Assembly: GCF_009834535.1 (NCBI RefSeq) | Contig: NC_045697.1 | Location: 102,178,001-102,242,000 of the forward strand | DNA: 64,000 nt | Origin: Camelus ferus | Lineage: Eukaryota | Reading direction: 5' to 3' | Part shown: in pieces, positions 46,845 through 60,985 of the stretch | How positions within the stretch are numbered: position 1 is the first letter of the stretch | Layout: every line of letters begins with the position of its first letter | Notes under the pieces: generated by a model | Told to the model about the DNA's origin: nothing | The model's input: only the letters and a program-made list of their open reading frames with translations | Database searches by the model: none | Program-made: the position numbers and the translations under genes

Positions 46845-47745
46845 TTTTTTCACATTTTTTATTGATTTATAATCATTTTACAATGTTGTGTCAAATTCCA
46901 GTGTAGAGCACAATTTTTCAGTTATACGTGAACATACATATATTCATTGTCACATTTTTTTCCTCTGTGAGCTACCACAAGATCTTGTATATATGTCCCT
47001 GTGCTATACAGTATAATCTTGTTTATCTATTCTACAATTTTGAAATCCCATCTATCCCTTCCCACCCTCTGCCCCCTTGGCAACCACAAGTTTTATTCTA
47101 TGTCTATGAGTCTATTTCTGTTTTGTATTTATGCTTTTTTTTTTTTTTTTTTAGATTCCACATACAAGTGATCTCATATGGTATTTTTCTTTCTCTTTCT
47201 GGCTTACTTCACTTAGAATGACATTCTCCAGGAGCATCCATGTTGCTGCAAATGGCATTATGTTGTCGGTTTTTATGGCTGAGTAGTATTCCATTGTATA
47301 AATATACCACCTCTTCTTTATCCAGTCATCTGTTGATGGACATTTAGGCTGTTTCTGTGTCTTGGCTATTGTAAATAGTGCTGCTATGAACATTGGGGTG
47401 CAGGTGTCATCCTGAAGTAGGGTTCCTTCTGGATACAAGCCCAGGAGTGGGATTCCTGGGTCATACGGTAAGTCTATTCCTAGTCTTTTGAGGAATCTCC
47501 ACACTGTTTTCCACAGTGGCTGCACCAAACTGCATTCCCACCAGCAGTGTAGGAGTGTTCCCTTTTCTCCACAGCCTCTCCAGCATTTGTCATTTGTGGA
47601 TTTTTGAATGATGACCATTCTGACTGGTGTGAGGTGATACCTCATTGTAGTTTTGATTTGCATTTCTCTGATAATTGGTGATTGAGCATTTTTTCATGTG
47701 CCTATTGATCATTTGTATGTATTCCCTGGAGAATTGCTTGTTTAG
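46845..47745 (-). mobile_element. Young 5'-truncated L1 with an uninterrupted ORF2 C-terminal 170 aa
   Basis: ORF 47151..47663: [16 protein letters not shown]...[18 protein letters not shown]...MEYYSAIK...SLVCGI, the L1 ORF2 cysteine-rich domain. Confidence 0.95.
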
Positions 47746-50700
47746 GTTGATGGCACAGTCCAGTCTTGGTGCAGTGAGCAGGGACTGCACCAGGTGTGCA
47801 TAGCAGGAGGTAAGGATCAATGAAGGATGGCTTGGACACTGGCTACCACAGTAGGACAATGCTGATGGTAAAATAACTGAGTGAAATAAAGACTATTAAA
47901 GAGACTTAATTATTCAAATAATGATAGTCAACAATATGGAGATATCAGAATATTAACTGCCTATCTCTGTTGCAAGACTACAACAGTTTTATTGTCTTCC
48001 TTATCATCTTTGTTATCACACAAAATGTTTATAGTTAGCATGTATTTTATTCATTAGATTCTTCATAAATGCCAAAGAACCTCAGAAAATATATTGAACT
48101 TTTAATGTTTTTACATTGACTCAAAGTTGTCCCAATAAAACTCAATTTATTTACTAAAAGGAAAAAAATACTGACTCATTCCTCTAATTTAGTACAATTA
48201 GTTAAGCTTAGGATCAAGAGATTATACTTTGATTTCTTATTGAACAGCTCTCTGTATTTCCTAGACTATTCTGTAGAAATTCAAATGTAATAAGTGGCTC
48301 CTATGTTGACGACCATGAAGATGTTTTTGCTTTTCAGTTTTCCCACTTTATCAAAGGTACCATGTGCCTAGGCTAGACAATCGCTAAGGGAACTTCCCAT
48401 CCTCCAATTCATTGATTTTTAGCAGTTATTTATTTAAAAAAACTTAATGAGTACAAGGCACAGAGCTTTCCTAGTCAACTGTACCACAGTCCAAGATTCA
48501 TGAAGGATTTGAAGGTGTTTTTTGGAAAGAAAAGTTGAGGCAAATGTGTATTTTTCACTTGCACCATGAAATCGCATCCTTACCCCGACACACCAGAGGC
48601 TGGCATTTGGAGATGTAAAGGAATACAGATGTTTTCTGCAGCATTTACAAAGCTTCAATGGCTTGCTGCATGGAGTGGGGCGTATCTGTGGACTTGTTTA
48701 GTCCTGAGGAGTGTCTGCAGATACCCCCCACGAACGTCCTTCCTGGTGTGTTACTGTTTACTGGTATTTCCTCCTGCAGGATATCCCCTCTGCTTGTCTT
48801 CCCGCATGAGAGAGTACAGATGTTTCTGAAAGCATCTTTGCGTGGGTTTACTTGAAGCAAGATGTTGAGAGAAGAGGTGAAGCTCTGAGGGAGGTGGAGG
48901 GGCCAGAGAGGACGGCACTGGGCCGGGCTTTCCCGGCTACGGTAACGTAAGCTGTTCTCTAGGAAATGACTGCCCTTCTTGTTTCATGAGAATGGGCTCT
49001 TGCTGTTACAGAGGCCAGAGATGTTCTAGTACTCTTTCACATTTTCAGAGTTCACATAGCCCCATTATGATGATGCTTTTGGATGTTCTGTTGGTCTCAT
49101 TGAGGTCCTGAGATTGCAATTCAGTGTGTTTCAATTGGTGAGTGTTCTAAAAAATGAAATGACTGAAGTATTTCCCAGTATCTGAGATAGAGGAGTCTTG
49201 GAGATAGGATAGGCCAGTCCAAGGAAAAAGGAAGACTTGATTTGACTCCAAGCAAGTGAAAAGAATGGTTACAAAATCTAGTCAAAAGGGCTCTGTAAAC
49301 ATATCTTTAAGTGCTAGTCATGTGGTAAAGCTTGAGAACTGAGCTAAAACTGAGAAAAAGGGCTTCACAACCAGGACTCTCGGGTGTCGGTAGCCACAAC
49401 TGCAAATAAATAGTTAAATGTTTAACGACCTGTGGTGTATTGTACTCTCGTACGAGGTGCTTCCTAGGAGATGGAGAGCCCTGAGATCTGCCCCAGGGAG
49501 CTGCAGACTTACTGGTTTGGTGGGAAGGGAGGGGGAGAAATGCCTGGAGGATATTGCTGTCAAACGACTAAGTCAAAGAGACAAATTTAGAGGTACAAGT
49601 ATACACTGTGATGATAAACACATTCGGAAAGAAGAGGGGGACTGTACTCTCAAAATGGCATGTAAAGCAATGCGTTACAGAGTAATTCAGACTGTAGCTT
49701 GTGGTCTAATACACACCTGTTCCAGTGGAAGCACAGTAGGACTTCTAGATACATATCTGTGTCAAACCAAACCAAATCAGTGTGACAATGAATGCTTCTT
49801 GGCCATGATCAATTCACAAGGCTGATGGAGAATCCACAAAGATGAGTCTGAGGAAAAAAACCCACACTGGTCTCATCTTTCCCCAACACTTTTCCAAAGG
49901 ACAAGAGCCTGTCCCAGAGCTTAAATGAAATGAATGAATAATGAACACAGAGTGAAAATGGGGAGGAGGCCTGCTTAGAAGTTCTACTTTCACACTGTGG
50001 TGCAGAGCCATGAACGTCTGGCTTCTCCCAACCAAGTCCTTAACTCTAGAAACATGATGTGAATTATAGAGGAGGGGTTCACAGATGGAGGGATGACTAT
50101 GCCAATGTCCGTCTCCTTGTAGAATGACTGCCATTCTGTCCTTCTCCTCATCCTCATCTTTGCAAAGCAAGGCCAGCTGTCTGAGACGAGAAAAGAATGT
50201 CAGGACTTAGGAAACGGACAAGGCGTGAAAGTTGTCCAGCTTGAGGAAGAATGGAAAGAAGGGAAAGAGATCATCTCCCACTCACCACCCCTAGGTCCAA
50301 TGTGAAAGGAGGAGTAATGAATATTTACTGCATGTTTGCAGTGTGCTGTGTAGCAGGAATAATTTATGTGCATTATTTTGTACATATATCTTGTCATAAT
50401 TCAGTGAGATAGGTCTCATTGTTTTGCTAGTGAAAAAAAATCAGAGGAGCAAATACATTAATGATTTGCAAAAAAATAATACCAGCTCTAGGTGGCAGAC
50501 TCCGTTTCTGAACCATGCTGTTTTGCTCCAAGGTTGATCTTCTTTCCAGTCCTCAGTACTTCTTTCCTAAGCAGCCCATCATGAATGGCATAAATTAAAC
50601 CCATGCAGCACCACTGAAATGGAGGTGGCTATTCTGCTGTTCCTTGGAAAGGTCAAGCTTGCTTTTTATGCTCAGGTGTCCTAAACAGCCACCTCCTCCC

Positions 50701-51134
50701 ATCATTCTGTCCTCTGCTCAGCTGTCACCTCCGTAGAGACATCTTCCCTTTTGTCATCCTCAATCCCCTTACCTCCCCAACTTCCCTTCACAGCACTCAT
50801 TCCAACAAGACATTCTGTATCTATTTGAGTATTTGCTTGTTTTTTTGACTCTTACATTAGAAGGTATGCTTCAGGGAGGCAGAAACTTTGTTTTGTTTAC
50901 TGCTGGATCCATAGAACCTAGATCTGTAACTTATGAGATGTTCTATACATACTTGTTTGGTCAATGAATAAATAAGTGTATTGTTATGAATATTTCTTAA
51001 GCAGAGAAGAAAAATCATGATCAGCCTCAAATCTCTTATTCTAACCTCTACCCTTCCCTACTCTACTTGCTCTTCCAAGTTTAACTGAAAAATCAAGCCT
51101 CAGTTTACTCTTCATCTGTCTGATGGTACAGTTC

Positions 51135-51890
51135 ACTACCAATGGAGGTGAAGGTGGCCATGTGGCCACCAAAACCCACATTTCCTCTTCCACAGTGAGG
51201 CGTGATCACTCAGAGGTAACTGTCAGGAACTTTAGTTCCTGAAACTTTCTCCTTGCGTCTTGGGGCAGCCATGCAATTTGTTTCCAATGATGGAATATGA
51301 ACAGAAGTTATTTCAGAGTTGGCTTTTTTTGTTGTTGTTAAAGTTTAGTTGATTTATAATTTGTGTTAGTTTTTGGTGTACAGCATAGTGATTCAGTTGT
51401 GTGTGTGTGTGTGTGTGTGTGTGTATACTTTTTAGTTTTTTTCCATTATAGGTTATTACAAGATATTGAATGTAGTTCTGCATATATCTGGAGAAAACTC
51501 TAATTGGAAAAGATACATGCACCCCAGTGTTCATAGAAGCACTATTTACAACAGCGAAAACATGGAAACAATCTAAACGTCCGTCGACAGGTTGGATAAA
51601 GAAGATGTGGTAATATATATACAATGGAACAAAACAGAGTTGGCTTTTTAAATAGCAGGTATGCCTTCTACACTTCTCCCCTTTCCTTCAGCTCAGTGTG
51701 GGTAATGGTGATAAGGTCCTGGGCGTGGTGGGTCTAAAAGGTGGAAGGAGTTGGAGTCTCTGAATCACAGTGTGGAGGAAAGACACCACTACACCAAGGT
51801 GGAACACCAGCATTTCAAATGAGTGAAAATAAACTTCTGTTAGATTAAATCACTGTGAATTTAGGGTTTGCTTTCATATCTGTATTACCT
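51135..51890 (+). mobile_element. MLT1-like LTR split by an L1 insertion
   Basis: ggcagccatg...atggaatatgaacagaagt | ...ggagtctctgaatcac...aaataaacttctgtt. Confidence 0.6.
51329..51634. mobile_element. 5'-inverted (twin-primed) L1 with 15-bp TSD
   Basis: Minus-strand 3' tail to ~51480, then plus-strand ORF2 piece (catatatctggag...aagatacatgcacccc). TSD cagagttggcttttt at 51314-51328 and 51635-51649. Confidence 0.9.
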
Positions 51891-52784
51891 GTATTTGTAA
51901 ATAGCTGAGTGAAACTTTAGGTAATAAGGATTTGATGGAAATCTTGAAACAGTTTTGCAGTCATTTTGGACTAGAGGAAATGTCAAAGATATTTCTAATT
52001 TTTCAAATTTCCAATGTCTAGTTTTATAGAACTCTTTAAAGAGTAATCTCCCAAAAGAAATCAATAGAACTCTTTTGCCTTTTGTATGTGTAAACTGGTC
52101 CCTACTTACTCACTCAAAAAAGCCAAGTGGGAAGAATTTGTGAGTAAAAACTTTTACAGGTAGTAGGAAATCCCCAATCAGGCCAAACTGACTCTGCCCC
52201 CTTGCTATTATGTCTTGTGCTTTCAGGGATTAAGGACATAGGAACGCCTTTCCTTGAAATGTGGTTGAGCTCACTGGGCTTAGCTATTCGGGGTGCCCCC
52301 TAGAGCCAGGCTGTCAGGTTAAGTAATGATAGTGTAGTAGACACTCTGTCCAGTTTGTTTCATGGCTACTTGTTACAAACCTTGAAAAGAAGTGTATTCA
52401 TTTTCTGATACTCAGGCCATGCCTTTCATTGAAAGGAATTATGACTCATCTTTGTGCAGATTAAGTAGGTCTGTTGAGAAAGAAAGCATGAACTTGGTAG
52501 ATTCCCTGCGTTAATGTGTCGAGGGCTCCTTATGGGACAACGGTATTCTCCTGGTCTCCTCACTGAGTTGTAGAGACAGGCAGAAAATGTTTATACTCCA
52601 GCCCTGCTTCTCTGTCCTATGGCTCACCACAGGGCTTAACCTTCGCTTCTTCATGGCTTAAAACAGCAGCTAGTAAATGAAAGACTAATGAGTTACACTG
52701 AGCTACATAGGAAGCTGGTGCAATGTTGTTTCCCAGAATTAGACAAAATTTGTTTACTGTTGCTCTCTCATTGAGTAAATAAAT

Positions 52785-52874
52785 GAAAGAAAGAAGGGAA
52801 GGAGGGAGACAAGGAGGGAGGAAGGAGGGAAGAAAGGAAGGAAGGAAGGAAGGAAGGAAGGAAGGAAGGAAGGA
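52785..52874. repeat. (GGAA)n / purine-rich microsatellite
   Basis: ggaaggaaggaagg... about 9 perfect units plus a degenerate flank. Confidence 0.9.
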
Positions 52875-53019
52875 TGCTGGTTAGGGAAGAAATGAACCGG
52901 AAGTCCGTATGTCTGACTCTGTCAAACATCAGGCTTATCTTTCATGATTATTACTTTGATAATATAGAAGCTGTATCAAAACCGTTTTCCTAAGCAACAT
53001 GAACTGAAAAGACAGAGCT

Positions 53020-54795
53020 ATTTCTAAAACTTCTTATGGATATAAAATACGTATAGGGAAATGTGTGTTTATCTTAATGCATATCCCTTGATGAATTTTT
53101 CACAAACTGAACAGACTTGTTAAACTAGCACCCAGATCAAAAACAAACCTAGCCACCACCCTAGAAACCCTCCCATCTTCCTTTCTAGTCATGAGATTAA
53201 CCACTATCCTGAATTCTAACAGCATAGCTTACTTTTCCCTCTTCTTGTAATTTATACAAATGGAATTGTACAGTAGGTACTTTTTGTATCCAGCATTTTT
53301 CCTGAGTTTTTTTTTTGCAAGATTTACCCTATTGTTGCATACACCTGTAGACCGTTCATTCTCAATGCTGTATAAAATTCCATTGAGTAAATATGTCACA
53401 ATTTATGTATACACTCTACCGCTGATAGACATCTGGATAACATCCAGTTTGGTTTGGGGCTATTACAAATAGCACTGCTATGAACATTCCAGTTAAGTCT
53501 TTCGGCAAATTCAAGTATGTGTTTTTGAGAGAGAGAGAGAGAGAGTTTAGTCTGTTGGGTGTTTAATGGTATTACGTTGTGGTTTACTTTTCATTTTCTT
53601 GGTGACTAATGAGTAAAGCATGTTTGAGTATGTTGATACCCCCTTTATGAAGTACCTGTTCAAGTCTTTTAAGCCATTTCTCTACTGAGTTGTCTGCATT
53701 TTTCTTACTTATTTTTAGGAGTTCTTTATATGCTCTAGATAATTATCTTCTCCCACTCTTTCACTATCTTAATGTTGTCTTCTGAGGAACAGAAGTTCTT
53801 AATTTGATTTTAAAATTTTTTATTGAAGTATAGTTGATTTGCAATATTATATTTATTTCAGGTGTACAGCAGAGTGATTCCATATTTTTATAGATTATTC
53901 TCCATTAAAAGAGATTTTATAGATTATTCTCCATTCTGCAAAAAATAGCTATAATTCCCTGTGTTGTACAGTAGATCATTGTGGCTTGTCTATTTTATAC
54001 ATAGTAATTTGTAACTCTTAATCACCCACTCCTATCTTGCCCCTCTTCCCTTCTCTCTCCCCATTGGTAGGCACTAGTTTGTTTTCTATATCTGTGAGTC
54101 TGTTTCTGTTTTGCTACATATATTTATTTGTTTTAATTTTTAGGTTCCACATTTAAGTGATAACATACAGTACTTGTCTTTCTCTGTCTGACTTAATTCA
54201 CTAAGCATAATTTTTTGTAGATCCATCCATGTTGCTGCAAATGGCAGAATTTCATTCTTTTTTATGGCTGAGTAATGTCCCATTGTATATGTATATACAC
54301 CACATCTTCTTTATCCAGTTATCTGTCATTGGACATTTAGGCTGCTTCCATATCTTGGCTATTATAAATAGCACTGCTATGAACATTGGGGGTGTATATA
54401 TCTTTTCAAATGAGTGTTTTCATTTTTCTAGATATATGCCCAGGAGTGGAATTGCTGGATTATGTGGTAGTTTTTAGTTTTTTGAGGAACCTCTATACTG
54501 TTTTCCACCATGGCTGCACCAATTTACATTCCTGTCAATGATGTACAAGAGTTCCTTTTTCTCCACATCCTCACCAACATTTGTTATTTGTAGACTTTTT
54601 GATGATGGCCATTCTGACTAGTGTGAAGTGATTATCTCACTGTTGTTTGGAGCATTTCTCTAATAATTACCAGTGTAGAGCATATTTTCATGTGCCTATT
54701 AACCATCTGTATGTCTTATTTGGAAAAATGTCTTTTCAGGTCTTCTGCCCTTTTTTTGACTGGGTTGTTTGTTTTTTCTATTGAGTTGTATGAAT
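53020..54795 (-). mobile_element. Old L1M-type fragment (53020-53810) followed by a younger L1 3' portion (53812-54795)
   Basis: gcactgctatgaacatt; tttttattgaagtatagttgatt...ccatgttgctgcaaatggcag...ggccattctgactagtgtgaagtg. Confidence 0.85.
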
Positions 54796-57700
54796 AGATT
54801 ATTCTCATATTATTAACCATTTTATAACCTCAAAATGCTGTTTCCTGGCAGACCAGCTTTAGGCTGAAAGCTGACTGTATTGTGGTCTGGGCAGGGTTTA
54901 GGCAGAGGACTTGGTTTCTAAAAGATGTTCCTTCCGTCTGATGTTGGGGATCGTGCAGCTAGATTGCGCTTCACTCTGAGCAGACCTCTGCTTCATCATC
55001 TGTACCTGCTGCCTCCTCGCGTCCCTGGAGAAAGGGCTTATGACCCTAAACATTATTTGTGCTCTTTTTGTGTTTCCGTCACAGTTAATTACAGAAAAAC
55101 TTTGTTATACACAAAGTGTTTGTAAAAACAAATAAACAAACACGTTATCAAAGAAAATACCTCCAAGAATCCTATAGGAGTAAAAATAAGAGATCCCAGT
55201 GTTACGCTGACAGACGGGGAAAGATTTGTTTTATGAACCATTAGGTGTTTGTATCCTCGGCTAATCGTCAGCTCCTTAAACGTAGATCCAGTTGTGTTGA
55301 TCTTGACCGGCCTTCGTTGTTCCTAGAATATTGCTGCACGTGTAGCACATGTGCTATCTGTACTTGTGGACTTCGGTTTTTGAAAATGTGAAGTGTGAGT
55401 TTAATAGATGTTGCCTCTTATTCTTCATTTTCTATGCACTTGGAACTTGGAAAATGAATCTTTTTGTAGTAAAAACTTCCCTTTAGATATGTTCTTTTTC
55501 TTTAAAAAAAAAGTGATAAAAGAAAGGAAAACAAACTCAAGACATTAAAAAGTTTTAAAGTACCAAATCTCTCCTCTCAGAATGTGTAAACAGATAACTG
55601 AAGGACGGCCTCCTCTAATTTTTTTATGGGTTTAATTTTCTCTCAATGTGATCTTGTTTTATTTTTGAAATGCAAATATTTTTAAAAGGATACATTGTAA
55701 GCAACTGGAAAATTGGTTTTAAGCCCATGTGATATAAGATTTCACAAATGTTTAGGATCATGGTGCTATTTCCATGACTATGAGATTTCATAAACACATC
55801 ATGTAACAACTCTTTATAGTTCATGTGCTTCTGCATAACTGAGGTGGCTCATTAAACACAAAGGCATTTTCTATCCATTACTGTAGATAGCTATGTCTTG
55901 CTGTATTTTAAATGGACATTTTACACGTAGATCTGTGCAAAATGTAAAATTTCCTCCCTTTGGGTTATATATCTGCTGTAAGTGCATATGAAGCAAGCAG
56001 TGTTTAATCCCAGCTTACCTGCAGCCAGTCCTCGGTAGGTAAACTGAAATCACATGTAAAGTCCATTCTTTTTTCCTGGGCTGCCTTTAGATCACTTGCC
56101 ACTCCAACTACTGAATTAATAGAAATTTCATTGCCTGTTCAGCCTAGTACAATATTAATTCTGTTTACTTATCCTTAACATACAGTAGAATTAAAACTAT
56201 AGAGCAAAATCTCTTTTTCTTATTAGACTGCTGGAAAAAAAAAAACCTTCTCATATTCTGTGATATCTGTTTCTAATTTGTCTTTGGGGAAAGGAATGCC
56301 AAATAGTTGCCTTGTTTCCCCCTTCAGACATTCAGAACCTCACCAAACTGCAGTCAAACCAGGATGCACACCCCAGCATGTGATTTTTTTTTTAACTCAG
56401 GATCATAGTCAATAAATTTGATTAGTTTGTAAAGCATTCCAAGCCACCAGCCCACAAAGCAGGTTGAGCCAATACCTTCACTCACTCCCTGTTTCTTCTA
56501 GACCACCAGGGCTCTAGTTTGTATTTTTAAACCTGGGTTAAATTGTGGCATAACCACAAACCATTGTATGCTATTAACAGTGGGGTTCCAGTGAATGACT
56601 GACAAACAAAATCTTAGCACACAAAGTCTACTTCTCTCAATGGTAAACACATGTTATTAATGAAACGTTTCTAACGGGCACAGGCAGTTTGAAGTCTGTC
56701 TTGACTGACAATGCTGTATTTTGCTCTCTGGGCTACACAAACAAAACAAAACTTTTTAAAATAGTCTCTTAGAAGAATATGTTTTGGTGAATTACAAAGG
56801 TATAATTTGCCACTCTAGATGCTGGACTTAACTTCTCCTCCTCCTCCAAACCTGGATTAGAGTGGAATATTTCTCCAGAGTTCAAAGACAGCGTCTAGTT
56901 CCTGTATCTTCCTTAGGAAGATCGGGACGGTGTTATTCAACCCTTGGTCCAGTCTCAAAGAGAGTTCCCTTGATGCACAAAGGACTCAACACAGGTATTA
57001 CCTGGGTCGCTGCAGGGAGGTCCAGGCGAATATCTGTTTTATGTGCAGTTCTAAGGCTCAGAACCTAGTGCCTCAGAGAGAGTTGCTGCTGTGAGGTAGG
57101 TTGCTAAATAAAGATCAGATCTGATTCATCTTCAGCTTCCTCTAAGTTCCTGGGGTAGGTGAGTGGAGACTTTGTTCACCGTATTTGATGTTTTCCTTTA
57201 TCAGTTACACTGGCTACTTAGTATGTAGGCCTGCATGAAAATAGACAGTGAGTCTTTTGTGTAATTTTTCCAAACTCCTGTTTAACATAAAGGGATAGCA
57301 AACCCCAAACCAAATAAAACAACACTGGCATCGCATTTTAGATGTCTTTGAAACATTCCAGTGTTTTGGACCACCAAACTCGAACCCACGATGGTTGCAT
57401 TTCGTTTTGATCAAATTGGGCAGTGCAGCCTCAAGCTGGTTTGCATTTCTTCTCTTCAAATCTACCCTGACTCTGTTAGAGTAACCAGAGAATTACAGAA
57501 GAACAATGTACCATTAATCTGTTCTGTAGCATTCTTTTGAAAAGCAATTGAGTAGTGAGGAAGTGAGGGAAGAACTCTCATTTCAGAGTGATACCAGCAT
57601 GGTCCAAAGAGTCCCTAACGTCACGTATTCCCAGGGGTGGATTCTCCTGTCTCTAACAACATCAGAGTAGCCCACCAAAGGTGAAAACTTTAGACAAACC

Positions 57701-59369
57701 ACACGTCCATGTTGTAAATTATTCTTTTCCCTGAATTAACTGGGTCGCTCTCCTTCCACTGAATTGCTAAGTGAATGTCATAGTGTTGAAAAGCAAGCTG
57801 AGAGAGTGCGCTCTAAGATAGCTTAAGGGCAGCATTGAAGAGGAAACATCTAGGACATGCACTGAAGGACAAGTGCATCAATGAATAAGTCCAGCCACCT
57901 TCACTCACACTTTGTACCACTCTTGGTTTCTTTTCTGCTCTCTATTCCATGATACCTTATTCCAACCAAAAGCATAGCCTCCGTATTCTGCCTTCCGCTT
58001 GCCCAGTAAGCTCGCCTGTGACCTGTGTGGTCTTCCTACTTGCCTCAGTGATCCTTGCTGTTTTAATTTTCTCTGGAGGATAGCACAGCCAGAAGCATGG
58101 TCCTGGTGCCATCGTTTTGGTACCCAGGATCTGCCTCCAGCTCTCAGGTGGCCCTTTAGGACCCTTAGCTGCAAAGCAGACAACCACCGCTGTTAGTAAC
58201 CTTCCCACTTGCTGTCACTTTCTCTAAAGCCCCTGCTGGTGGACTTGATCATCTAAAGATGCTCAGGCCAAGGTGGTAATGATTAAGTCAAGCCCTCTGA
58301 AGGTGTGTATTTCAAAATAGAGCACTTGAAAAGACCATGCCTTAAAACACTTGAGTGAGTAGTAACTGGCAACCATTGAAGATGATATTAAGGAGCAAAA
58401 GAAGACGGCCAGTTATCCTCTCATGTCCCACCCCGTGACTGAGTAACTGCCCTAATGATCTGTTAAATGCTTCTTGGAGCCTATTTAATCTTCTCTACCT
58501 GAATGCTTGGTGTTCAGAGATTACACCTTGTAGTCTATTTCCCTGCATTCTGATTTCTCAGGTAAAAGAAAACAAAAAAGGGACTCTTCTTTGAAGTTTG
58601 ATTGAAGAAGCTTGATCTATATTTATTTGATTTGATCACTGTATAGAGAAAAATAAAGGGTGCCTCTCACATATGTGTTATGATAGAGACTTAAAGAATT
58701 CTTGAATTTTATAGCTGGTAGGGACTCAAGGAACTAAGCCAGAGAAATTTAAATGATTAATAACAGAATAGAGACTAGAAGGCAGTTCTCTTTAGCTTTT
58801 CAGTTCAGTGTGTTTATATGGTATCATACAATACAGCGAAAATTATATTGTGTAAATTTTAAAAACTATATTATTTGTACCCTATTGCACGTAAAAGGGC
58901 TTAGGTTACTGGTAGCTTGATTGAATAGTATACTAATGATGCACACACACATAGAGATTTGGGGAATCAGAGACTTAACTTGAAGTACACTTTCCATTTG
59001 TTCTTTTAAATTTGATAGTCTTACAAATTGCAGGATAAGAGAAGGCTATTCTGGCATCATCTCAGTATTAGGAATCCAGCCACAGTAACACATCTACATC
59101 CATTTCTTGCCGTGCTTTTTAGGTTGATGAAGGCTCTAGCATAAAACCAGGTACGAATGCCAAGATTTAGGAGAAGGTAGGCCCAAATGAGACAGACGTT
59201 CCTTTCACGTATCATTCTCAGTCCATGTCCTAAGTGAGGCACTACGGCAGCCCTGACTATTTCATTTGTCCACTCATTCTGTTGGTGTTTATGAAGTATT
59301 TATTATAAGCCAGGTATTGTGCCAGGCACTGAGGGACACACAGAGTGGAATAAAACATTTCTGCCAGCG

Positions 59370-60985
59370 TCAGTGACCATGAATCCTTACCAATATTTGT
59401 GTTCTCCTCTTTGTTCAGGGCACACAGCTAGACTGCATTTTCCACTCTCCGTTACCACGTCCTGGCCAACAGAATGAAAGGGTAAGTGTTATGTGCCTCT
59501 TTCAGACCTGCCCTATAAATATATCCCTTGTACGATTCCCACATCTCTCTCTTTCCCATCTGCCACATAAATGAAGGGGACTCGAAGGACCTAGCAGAGA
59601 GAGGGGAATCATAAGCAGACGGGAGCCTGGGTTCCCAAGTGGCTGGGTAGAACGGAGATTCTTCCCATCACCATCAGCCCACATTGGACTATGACTTAAA
59701 CAAGAAGTAAATTTCACTGTGTTGGGTCACTAAGATGCATTAACTGCTTGTTGGAGCAATTAGTCAGCTGTGTCAGTGTCTTAGGACAAAGGCCACTCTG
59801 GGTGTTGGCACATTGGACAGGGCTCAGCTAAGATGGCTCTTCTCTTCTCCTCGAGACACTGGCTAGGCTCATCCATGTCTCCAGGGTCAGTCTGGAAGTC
59901 CAGTGGAAGCTGGCCAGTACCAGGTGGCCTCTCTCACAAGTCTGACAGTTGGTGTTGACGGCTCACTGACCCGTGTCTCCTGCATGCTAGCCTGGACTTC
60001 TTCAAGAAGAAAGGCAAGCTCCACTTCATAAGCCTTTTTAAAGCCTCTGCATGCATCACATTTACCAGTGTTCCATCACCCCAAACAAATCGTATAGCCA
60101 AGCTTACAGGAGAACTGCCCATGATCATGGAGATGGAGAGGCATGATTCATTGATAACTAGTATTGTAACAACCACCACACCACACTGGATGGATGTATT
60201 GCTCCGAAGGAGCTCAGAATTCTGAGAGGCATATCAAGAAATGATTACAGCACTTTATGAGACATATTAGAACTGAAGCATGAAAACAATGCTATTGGGG
60301 CACTGAATAGGAACTAGCTACCTCTGTCTGGCCTGGGCATGATGGCAAAACTTTCACAGATGAGATAATTTGGGTGCTGGGTCTTGATAGATGAGTCGGA
60401 TTTTGTTAGGAGGACCAGAAGTGCTGGGTACAATTGTGAGAGGAGGAAGGACAGTCTAGATAGGGGAGACAGGGAAGCAGCCTCCTCTGTTCCAATTACT
60501 ATTGCTTCATATCAAATTTGCTTAAAATTTAGCAGCTGAAACAAGCTTTTATTATCTCACAGAATTTGGTGGGTCAGGAATTCAGACAGGGCACAGCAGG
60601 TATGCTGGCTCTGCGCCATGTTGTCTGGTCCTCAGCTGGGGAGACTCACTCCCGTCTGGAGCCCAGGCTGGGTTGACTTAAAGACAAAGCCTCTGACTGG
60701 AGCTTCCACCATGGCCTCTCTGTGTGGCTTGGCTTCCTCAGAGCATGGCCACCTCAGGGTAGCCAGAATTCTTACATGGCAGTTCCTGGCACTAAGAGTC
60801 AATGTTCTAGAAAATAAAGTAGAAGCTGCATTACCTCTTATGGCCTGTCTTAGAACTCATACAAGTCACTCCTGCCCTACCCTGCTGGTTAAAGAAACCA
60901 GAGGCCATACAGACTCAAGGCAAGGAGACACAGACCCCAACCTGTCCATGGGAGAAGTGTCGAAGAATTTTGGAGCCATGTTTCA
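59370..60985. mobile_element. Cluster of MLT1-like LTR remnants (59370-59770, 59790-60180, 60488-60985) interspersed with L2
   Basis: gggcacacagctagactgcattttcc; gggagcctgggttccc; ttttattatctcacag...gggtcaggaattcagacagggcacagcagg. Confidence 0.65.

Noticed and set aside
47151..47663. 170-aa ORF, the longest in the track
   Set aside because: C-terminal fragment of L1 ORF2 in a truncated element, not a host gene.
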